Shown piece after piece: positions 50,107 to 59,680 of a stretch of DNA of 64,000 nt. Source of the stretch: Octopus sinensis (Eukaryota); assembly GCF_006345805.1 (NCBI RefSeq), contig NC_043004.1, positions 51,832,001 to 51,896,000 of the forward strand, given 5' to 3'. Position 1 is the stretch's first letter, and the number at the start of each line of letters is the position of its first letter. The translations under genes and the position numbers were made by a program. Below the pieces are notes generated by a model. That model saw only the letters and a list, made by a program, of their open reading frames with translations. It did not search any database and was not told the origin of the DNA.

Positions 50107-50452
50107 CGCTACTGGTAACATGTAACATATAATCCGGTACAATCTACCACATGGTCAGGTCATTGTTGACTTGATTGGTAATCCCATGAAACTTGCTTGG
50201 TGAGGAGTATGATTTACTGGACACCCTGTGGGACAAAAAAACAAAACCTGTCAAAGGGCAGAGAAGAGTCATTGGCCAGCCAATTTGTAATTGTATACAT
50301 ATATGTATTCCAGGCAAGTATGTACAAATACTTGGGTTGGTGTCCAATGATACTGCAAACCCACTGGGAATGAGGAACCCAAGTTCTTTGTCAAGGCATC
50401 TTTCTAAGACAAGGTTATCTTGTGTATAAAACTCTACTGAGTAGGGTACATA

Positions 50453-50769
50453 CACACATCATAAGCGGAAAGTGTAACCTGTCGAAGGAGCTGTTCTTCA
50501 ATCCTGCTCCAGAGCGTCGGCTGCGGGTCATTCCAAAAAGCTCTATCTGCGACGATTTCATCTCAATCGAAGGAGAGGGGCTTTCTCTGTCCGGGTTGCG
50601 GATCCGTGGAATAAGCTGCCGGACGAGATGGTGAAGATGCCGACGACCGCTCGGTTCAAAGTCTCCCTTGACCACAAGTGGCCTGAACTTTTTACATGAA
50701 CACTCCATGTCCCCCTACATGGCCTTGCTTTTTTGCTTTTTGAGCCGAAAAATTGACTAACTAACTAAC
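50453..50769 (+). mobile_element. CR1 3' end, ~315 bp, same family as 14906
   Basis: CATCATAAGCGGAAAGTG ... GACTAACTAACTAAC. Confidence 0.93.
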
Positions 50770-51087
50770 AAATACAGAGCCATGAGTTTCTCTCAGTTTC
50801 TGTCTACAAAATTTACTCACAAGGTTTTGATCAGCTCAGGATGATACTTGACCAAGGTGCAATGCAGTGAGACTGAACCCAGAAATATGCGGTTGGAAAC
50901 AAACTTCTTACCCATGCAGCTATGCATGCATATATATATATTCATGTATACAGGCATGGCTGTGTGGTAAGAAGCTTGCTTCCGGTTTATGGCTGTTCAG
51001 TTGCATTGTTGGATTTGTTTGGTACACACGTGTTCTCTTGGCTGTCCTGGCGGAGCGACGTTTTCCCTCTTGTGTAATGGAAGGGTG

Positions 51088-52042
51088 TTGAGCGAGAAGT
51101 TGAAGTATTCTTCTCTAAAATGTGATCTGTCTGAAGAGGAACTGGTTGAGTACTTAAACAAGACGGACAAGGAAATGGAGAGGGGGAATGATGCAGTGGC
51201 AGCTAGAGAAAAAAATTGAAGAAATCAATCTGGAAGATTTGAGTGAGTTCAAGGAAATGCTTGAAAGGGAGGGGAATAATGTGAAGATGTTCTCCCCACA
51301 AAAAGTATTAAAGGACAAGGAAGAAAGGACGATTGTCTATAGAACCTATGCTACAGCAACAAGGAAAATTGAAGTAGTGTCAGAGGCATAGGTGGAAAAG
51401 GCACTGAGGTCAGCCTGGCAGGAGATATCATACCTTGCCAGGGAATAAAAGTGTGGAACGGTAGAGGTGCAGTTTAAGGAGATAGCAACTGCCAGACTGT
51501 ACTAAGCCACACCGCTGAAGACAGATGAGGTGATACTTCTGCCTGTGTACCTTGGGAGGCATAATTCCAGGGTTGAGGTAGAAGACATACCACCAGAAGT
51601 GAATACAGCCTGGCTGGTGGCTGCCATACTGCTGGGCATGGAGGAGAAGGTTGTGGTCCTGCAGGCCACCAGAACACCCAAAAGGAATTGGAGAGGACAA
51701 ACCCTTGAAATGATGATACAGGTCACAGAGGAGGACCTGGAAAAGATGGTAGAAAATATCTTAGTGGGTGAAACTACTTTGAAAGTTAGAGTGGAGGGAA
51801 GAATTCTATGGCGTTATAAATGTGGCCCTTCAGGCCACATTAGAGCAGAATGCCCTCCACCACTGGAAAAGGCTGGGGAGAGTGAAAGAGTGGTAAGTGC
51901 TCCACAGCCCATGGAGGAAAAGGATATGACCATCGAGGAAGAAACAGAGAACAAGAAAAGAAAAAGACACATGGTGAAGAATGACCCAACCCACACCCAC
52001 CCGGCGCCCACCCATACCCACTTTACCCCAACCACTTCCTAG
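51088..52042 (+). pseudogene. Gag-like ORF1 with RRM-like region and degenerate CCHC zinc knuckle
   Basis: One frameshift near 51215. ORFs 51188 and 51530 share a frame, with three in-frame stops. GTVEVQF, RVEVEDIPPEV, and LKVRVEGRILWRYKCGPSGHIRAEC (CX2CX4HX4C with the first Cys mutated). Confidence 0.82.
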
Positions 52043-52387
52043 ACACCAACCCTGCCCATGCCCAGTCTGACAAAAAAACAATTACAAACACACAGGAGCC
52101 TCAAAGTTACCCACACCTGCCCTGTAAGAAAAAATATGTATTTATGTATAATGGACAGAATAAGGAACTGGATAACGAGGTAAATTTGTGGGACAGAAAA
52201 GTCAAGGTGGATATAGCAGGTGTAAAGGGTCTGCCCGAGAACAATTATTGCATGCTGATGGACCTTAATAGCCTGTGGAAGGTGCATGAGTATATGGGAA
52301 ACTATGACTGCATGTGGTAGTACAAAAGAATAGACACCAGCATAATGCCGGAAAGAATAAGGTATATAGACATTTTAAAGAAATATA

Positions 52388-52551
52388 CTACACTCACGGA
52401 GCGGTTGGCATTAGGAAGGGCATCCAGCTGTAGAAACACTGCCAGATCTGACTGGCCTGGTGCAGCCTTCGGGCTTCCCAGACCCCAGTTGAACTGTCCA
52501 ACCCATGCTAGCATGGAAAGCAGACGTTAAACGATGATGATGATAATGATA
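52388..52551 (+). mobile_element. RTE-tail short element nested in the ORF1-only element
   Basis: Flanking duplication ATATAGACATTTT (52364-52376, 52552-52564). Confidence 0.88.
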
Positions 52552-53645
52552 ATATAGACATTTTGAAAAAAAGATGTGGATTAATTATAGTAAAATGTAA
52601 ATAATTATATTCTAAAGTTGGTTGCAAATGGAAATTCAAATGCTGTTGCAAAGGGTTCAATGAAGTCGCCCGGAGGTGGGGGGGGGGGGTCAGAGCGACT
52701 TCATTTCCTCTTTCCTTACATAATTTTATTCCATTTGCTTTGTATTTTTTGTCCCCGCCTTGCGCTGTCCCCTCTGTAGAAGGCCTTTATAGCCAATTTT
52801 CATGAAATAAAGAAGCTTGCTTCCCAGCCACATAGTTCAGTCACACTGCGAGGTATCTTGGGCAAGTGTCCTTTACTATAGATTTGGTAGATGGAAACTG
52901 AAAGAAGCTCATTGTGTATATATGCGGTGTAAGTGTATATGTGTGTCATTGTGTTTGTGCACCACTACCACTTGACAACTGGTGTTGGTGTGTTTGCATC
53001 CCCATAACTTGGTGGTTCGGCAAACTGATGCAATAAGTACCAGGCTTAAAAAAATAAGTACAGGGGTTGATTCATTCAACTAAAAGTTCATGGTGGTGCT
53101 CCAGCATGGCCAGTCTAATGACAAACAAGTAAAAGATGAAAAATATGTAAGAAAACCAATACAGTGTATTCAATTTTTCAATTTTGTATTTTTTAACTAT
53201 TAACCCAGAAAAAAGGGAACAGTACTTATGATCCTTTACAGGGCCTCAGGGGCTGGTGGAGGATCTGGCCTGAATGCTTGCAACAGAGTAGGCCCCACTA
53301 AAAGCATCAAAGATACATGGTGGTGCTGTTATACCAAACCATGGAATAAGTCTGTTCCAGCTGAGCAAAAGAGAGTGACATCGCTTATATTTTTCAGTAA
53401 ACAAATGTTCACATTGCCCAGTGGATGTGATGGGGTTCAGTGAAATGGAGGTTTGGGGAATATTTATAAAACCAAGATAGGTGACTGGAAGAACATCAAG
53501 CAATAGAAAATTTTCTTCTGTGAGTTTTGTCTAATCCATACCAACATAGAAAAACAGACATAAAAACTAAACACACACACACACATGTGTGTGTAGAGTG
53601 TTTGAAGTGGTGTATTGACGTTATATATCAAGGAAAAGGAAGTCA

Positions 53646-53752
53646 GAATTCTGGATAATTATTTATTTAGTGCTTTCATCTGGTTTCAGAGAATCATCAT
53701 TTCTAATGATTCTCCAAAACAAAAGCACTGAATAAATAATTATCCAAAATTC
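53646..53752. repeat. ~107-nt AT-rich hairpin
   Basis: GAATTCTGGATAATTATTTATTTAGTGCTTT versus AAAGCACTGAATAAATAATTATCCAAAATTC (29 of 31 complementary), plus inner GAGAATCAT/ATGATTCTC. Confidence 0.85.
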
Positions 53753-53768
53753 TTACCTCTTTTTCCTT

Positions 53769-53803
<35 letters not shown>

Positions 53804-54584
53804 CATATATAAAATGGTGTAGGTGTGGTTCTGATAGGCACAGTTTGAGATGCAGGCATGACTAATTAAAAAGCTTGCTTCCCAATCAGTTCTGGGTTCA
53901 CTTCCACTGCATGGTACCTTGGGTGTGTGTCTCCTACACCAGGCTAACCAAAGCCATGTGAGTGGATTCGGTAGATGGAAACTGAAAGAAGCCCGTCGTA
54001 TGTGTGTGTTCGCGTGCATGCTTGCCTTGGTCATAAATGAATGGCAGATATAATTTAGAAAAAAAAAACCCCGTCATTTACATCACTGAAAAGGCATATA
54101 AGGAAAATTTCATTAAAAAAATATGCATTTAACAAAGTGTGATGTGAGGTGGGGGAATAATAATCCTTCCTACTATAGGCACAAGGCCTGAAATTTCGAG
54201 GGAGGGGATCAGTTGATTACATTGACCCCAGTACATAACTGGCACTTATTTCATCGACTCCAAAAGGATGAAAGGTGGAGTTGACATCGGCAGAATTTTA
54301 ATTCATAACATAAGGACAGGTGAAAATGATTTCTTTATTTATTAATAATAATCATTTCTATTATAGGTACAAGGCCAGGATTTTGCAGGGAGAGGGACAG
54401 TCGATCACATCGACTACTCCACTGGTACTTAATTTATCGACCTCAAAAGGATGAAAGGCAAAGTCGACCAAGTGGAATTTGAACTCAGAACATAAGGACG
54501 GACGAATGCCATCAAGCATTTCCGCCTGGCCTGCTAATGATTCTGCCAGCTCACCACCTTATGAAAATAGGCAAGACTTCCTAT

Positions 54585-55205
54585 TGTACCCAAAACACCT
54601 CTTTTCTTTTATTTAATTTTTTTTTTTTTTGTTTCTACACAAAAAACCCCCATTTCGGCTACATGAATCTGCAAAAAATTGGCAAAACCCAGCATTTTGA
54701 AATCACACACCCACCACTAAATTTTTACATTTTTAACTTTTTTCAGAAATTTTCTTTTTCAAAATATGTGGAAAAATACGGAGATTATAATTCTGAAAAA
54801 ATTTCCAAACATTTTTGTTAAATTTTTTTTCACAAATGTTTTATATGTTACAATATGCGGAAAAATACAGAGATTATGATTCTAAAAAAATTTCCGAAAA
54901 TTCTTCTACTTAGGGTTAGGTTTAGGGAAAAAAGTGAAAAATGAAGAAATTGTTGCGGGGAGGAGGGTCCAAAAAATTTCAAAATTCCGATTTTTGGCAA
55001 TTTTCCGGAATCTCCGTATCCGAAAAGGTGGGTTTTGGGGAAAAAATACATAAAAAAAAAATTAATAATTTGCGAGAAAATGGTATGGGGACTTTCCCGA
55101 AAATATTTTCCATTCCTTTACCCACGTAATTGTAATCTACATCTAAAATGTATCTCACATAAATTTCATTAAAAGCTATGTATTTTAAAGAAAATTATGA
55201 GGAGA
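54585..55205. repeat. Second A/T-tract-rich imperfect palindrome with a central direct repeat, and a segment related to the 44512 palindrome
   Basis: 54590-54740 inverted against 54930-55080; direct repeat AATATG.GGAAAAATAC.GAGATTAT..TTCT.AAAAAATTTCC at about 54763 and 54852; GTAAT.GTAATCTACA block at 55125 matches 45968. Confidence 0.7.
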
Positions 55206-56295
55206 ATCAAAGTCTCTTTAATACACACACAGTTCTGCAATCATGTCCCGTTTGCATTTCAAACGTATAAATATATTTTGTTTACATTTGAAGTCTTGCA
55301 TTTTTAAAAAATTACATTTTCAGCCTAAGGAATGGAACAAATTTTGAAATGTTCAGAAAGTGAAACAGTATAATTCTAGTGAATTTATTGAACACACCAC
55401 GTTGCTTTCATTATTTCGATGGGATATTCTGGGAAGCAATTGTCTTCATGTTGATACTTTTTATAAGTCTCCCTCCACGAGAGCCTCTAGGCGATAGCTT
55501 CACTCTGCTAAAGATAGCAGCGAAATCTACAAAGCGTACGACTCCCTTAAAAAGGAAAGGATACATTGTAACCTGAATATGCAACAGAAAGTGAATGCTT
55601 TACGAAAACGATTGAAAATTCCTGAAAAAAAATTCATCCTTAAGTATATTCCAAAATCGATAAACTATTCCTTCACCCCAAAAGTAAAAGCCACTCAAGT
55701 TTTCGATGAAACTCCAGTGTTTGACCCGAGAAAAAATTTTTTTAGATTGTGCAATTAGTTGTAAAATAACATGTAGTAAACGAATATGAAAAAAAAATAA
55801 AATGCGCGCTGGCGAACGGAGGGCGGGGATAGGGCTCGGAACATTCATATTCGTTTACTACATGTTTTACACCTATTACACTCCCCCCCCCATTTTTGTG
55901 ACCGGGTGTCGAAGTAGGGTTACTGAATCCGTGTGAATTATCCGAGTCTGCACCCCACCCACCACCCATCACAAAATTTGAAAAAAAAAAATAGTGTACT
56001 AAGTGTAAAATAATGTGTAGTAAATGAATATGAAGAAAAAAATATGCCTCCTATTGTTAATGAAAAGAAAGGTGCAAAAAGACATTAAATAAAGTCATCT
56101 GAATAAAAGGCAGAATACGACTGGCATGTATGTGGTCAAAAGTGTGTACCCGGTTAGAGACCGCCTTGGTGCTCTTAGGCAAGAGCACCAAACATAAAGC
56201 ATAAGTTGCCGGATCAACAGTTGTCACACTGGAATGGATATAAAACATTGAAACTACAACGACAATAAAGCCTATAACTCTAGCACGTATCTTAC

Positions 56296-56500
56296 CTCTA
56301 TTTAGTGCTACTTGAGGAAAAAGAGAGATTACTATAGTGCAATAGTGGTTGATATCAGTGCTAAGAGGACTATCGCTTTCGCATCCAGCCTTTCGATTGA
56401 GAACAATATCTAAGATAGAAGATGGCCGCCATCACTGGAACGTAGGATCGACTTCCGGCAGGAGGTTAATGTTAAAGTAGCGCACGTGAGCGCGCGCATA
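56296..56500 (-). promoter_or_regulatory. Candidate CpG-rich core promoter and non-coding first exon, possibly bidirectional
   Basis: AAGATGGCCGCCATC (56419-56433, YY1 cores on both strands), ACTTCCGG (56451-56458, ETS), CACGTG (56483-56488), consensus minus-strand donor AG|GTAAGA with last exon base 56296. Confidence 0.6.
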
Positions 56501-56504
56501 TACC

Positions 56505-56710
56505 ACCTGACTGGCCCTCGTGCCGGTGGCACGTAAAAGCACCCACTAGACTCTCAGAGTGGTTGGCGTTAGGAAGGGCATCCAACTGTAGAAACTCCGC
56601 CAGATCAGATTGGAGCCCGGTGCAGCCACCTGGTCCGCCAGTCCTCAGTTAAATCGTTCAACCCATGCTAGCATGGAAAGCGGACGTTAAACGATGATGA
56701 TGATGATGAT
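56505..56710 (+). mobile_element. RTE-tail short element
   Basis: CGTGCCGGTGGCACGTAAAAGCACC ... CGTTAAACGATGATGATG. Confidence 0.9.
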
Positions 56711-56978
56711 ATATATATATATATATATAAGGCGGTGCTCCAGCATGGCCGCAGTCAAATGACTGAAACAAGTAAAAGAGTATATATATACCTATACACG
56801 CATTATATATACATATATATACCTATACATACATTATATATACATATGCATACATTATATATACATATGCATACATTATATATATATATATGCATACATT
56901 ATATATATATATATATACATACATTATATATATATATATACATACATTATAAATATATATACACACACACACACACAC

Positions 56979-57038
56979 ACAGGTCGTTGCCTTACAACTG
57001 GTTCCGACTGACTGGTCGTAAGTGAACGACGACCTCTA
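56979..57038. mobile_element. Ultra-short Tigger/pogo-like MITE (two TIRs only) in a microsatellite
   Basis: AGGTCGTTGCCTTACAAC ... GGTCGTAAGTGAACGACGACCT, resembling CAGGT..TC..CTTACGACC-type TIRs. Confidence 0.6.
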
Positions 57039-57374
57039 TATATATATATATATATACACGTATGTATACACAGACATACACAAATGCACGCGCGTCACAT
57101 GAATTACGTGATGTCATTTCTTCAATTCTTATTTATTCAACATACAAGGATTAGAAGAAACAGAACAAACGTTATTCAGAATGCAGAGAGGGAATACATC
57201 TCGCTCGGATGATGTCCTATCTTCTCTTTGTTTGTTTCAGTCATGAGACTGCAGCCATTGTTGTGGGCATCGTTTTGAAGAATTTTTGCTGAATCGGTAA
57301 TTTACGGAAACGTAAACAAACCGACACTGGTTGACAAGCGAAGGTGCGGGCAAACACAAACACACACACACATA

Positions 57375-57412
<38 letters not shown>

Positions 57413-58902
57413 TAGGTGGACGTCGGAGTTAGGAAGCACCAACAAGTTGGAATTTCTCTGTTTGGTGGGAATCTCAGATTTTTTTTTCGCAGTACCCCTG
57501 GAAATACTCAAGAGAATCTTTTCAACAAAAAACAATTTGCGAAAAACGCCTATATCTATCGATATAGTGCGTGTGTGTTTGTCCCCCTAGCATTGCTTGA
57601 CAACCGATGCTGGTGTGTTTATGTCCCCGTCACTTAGCGGTTCGGCAAAAGAGACCGATAGAATAAGTACTGGGCTTACAAAGAATAAATCCCAAGGTCG
57701 AGTTGCTCGACTAAAGGCGGTGCTCCAGCATGGCCGCAGTCAAATGACTGAAACAAGAATATATATATATATATATATATATATAGTAGAAGACAATAGC
57801 CGAAGATGCCACGCAGTGAGACTGAACCCGGAACCATGTGATTGGGAAGAAAACGTCTTATCACAGCAATGCCTGTGCCTCTACCTACACCTTATAATGA
57901 AAATCGGTGAGCAGGCGGCCACTGTCTGGAGGAAGAAAAGGGACGATCAAAACTTGAGTATGGAGTGAATGCAGTTGAAATTTCCCTCTCAAAAGGAGAA
58001 AGGAAAACAATAAAAAAAAGAAAAACAAAAGCTACCTAGCGGTAATGGTTGGCAGCTTTCGGAAAGAAGGGGAGATAATTTGAAAACTAAAAAAATTAAA
58101 TATTTTTTTAAGTCGTTAACAATTATCTATGCTTTTATTTTTGAAAAGGAACACATTTTAATTGCTAAACATTTTGTGTACCATTCAGTGTATCAATGCA
58201 ACCTCTCGACTATATTACCCCGAATTTTATAGCCTTGAGGCCATTTTATTTTTGATCGTATTTCCTTAATCAGAGCTGGCAGGGAGCTAAAATAAAATTA
58301 TATACTAAATAACAGCTAAGAACAGAACCTGACTTGCTTGACCTACTATATAAACAGTAGCTAAATCACCCTCAACCCACATCCTACCTTCTTATAAAAA
58401 AAGATACATTTACTAGTATAGTTAATCTCTGATATATAAAATGATAGTAACGACTGTGATACGTTTAATCAGAGATCCTCCGTTAAATCTGAGTTGAGCT
58501 GAGACTCAACAAGTCAGTTTACAAACACTTAAGTCTCATATAACGCTTGAAGGACTATGAAATCGACTATTATCCACCTCCTATAATTCGTGGTCAAGTA
58601 CCAATGTTAGAATTACATGGTCAGGTACGATCCTTTGAACGTCGAAGCGGTCTCCAACCTTTTTATTACCATGGACCATGCAAGACAATTTTGTCACGGA
58701 CCGGGGAATAACGCGCATAACAAAATACAAATAAGTGCTGAGTATATAATCTAGGTAATCAATTGTTTTGAATCTCAGAAATACCATTGTCGCGAATGGC
58801 ATTTCTGAGACTCAAACCGATTGATTGCCATAACTAATTATTACATTGTATTATGCTCGTTATTTCTACTAATATTACATTGTAATTCATATAATCGAAC
58901 TC

Positions 58903-59290
58903 AGGCGGCGAGCTGGCAGAAACGTTAGCACGCCGGGTGAAATGCGTAGCCGTATTTCGTCTGCCGTTACGTTCTGAGTTCAAATTCCGCCGAGGTCGAC
59001 TTTGTCTTTCATCCTTTCGGGGTCGATAAATTAAGTACCAGTTATGCACTGGGGTCGATATAATCGACTTAATCCGTTTGTCTCCTCTGTGTTTAGCCCC
59101 TTGTGGGTAGTAAAGAAATAGGCATTTCGTCTGCCGCTACGTTTTGAGTTCAAATTCCGTCGAGGTCGACTTTGCCTTTCATCTTTTCGGGGTCGATAAA
59201 TTAAGTACCAGATGAGTACTGGCGTCGATGTAATCGACTATTCCCCTTCCCCAAATTTCAGGCCTTATGCCTATAATAGAAAGGACTTTT
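58903..59290 (+). mobile_element. SINE family 3 followed by a tandem partial copy with a different tail
   Basis: Full copy 58903-59119; restart at (G)GCATTTCGTCTGCC, 59121. Confidence 0.9.
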
Positions 59291-59489
59291 TATTCATCGT
59301 TACGGACTTAATAAAATATACTAGTCAAGTACTGAAGTACAATGTATCGACTGATCTTCAACCTCTGAAAATGACTGATCTTGTTCTAAAGAACAAACAA
59401 CAGTGATTGTTATTAGGAACAACATCCACTATAAACCCCAAACACAATCAGACCCTTTGTATCAATGATGCAAATATACTTTATGCAGT

Positions 59490-59680
59490 GAGTGACGTCA
59501 GCAAACTACTTACTAATTGCTTTTTCTATAAATAGACATTCGACACCTGAGTGACGTTAGTAAGGTGAGAAGGTTAAAGAAATGGGATGTGGTGGTGTTC
59601 GTCGTTTCTACTAATTGTTTGTTATTTTAAACTTTCAGATTGTTGCTTAATTCCGCGACCGTCGAGACATCGTGACGTCA
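59490..59680. promoter_or_regulatory. CRE / MEF2 motif cluster
   Basis: TGACGTCA 59493-59500, CTATAAATAG 59526-59535, TGACGTTA 59552-59559, TGACGTCA 59673-59680, in non-repetitive CpG-retaining DNA. Confidence 0.5.

Larger units (their letters stand above)
50984..52809 (+). mobile_element. ORF1-only non-LTR retroelement (half-LINE / HAL1-like, L1/Tx1-type ORF1) inserted in a SINE head
   Basis: 15-bp TSD AAGAAGCTTGCTTCC (50969-50983, 52810-52824); the host SINE resumes after the second copy; ends in AATAAA; no endonuclease or RT motifs seen. Confidence 0.8.

Noticed and set aside
54909-54927. Interstitial telomere (TTAGGG-like; also at about 13221 and 46089)
   Set aside because: Only 2-3 imperfect units embedded in other repeats
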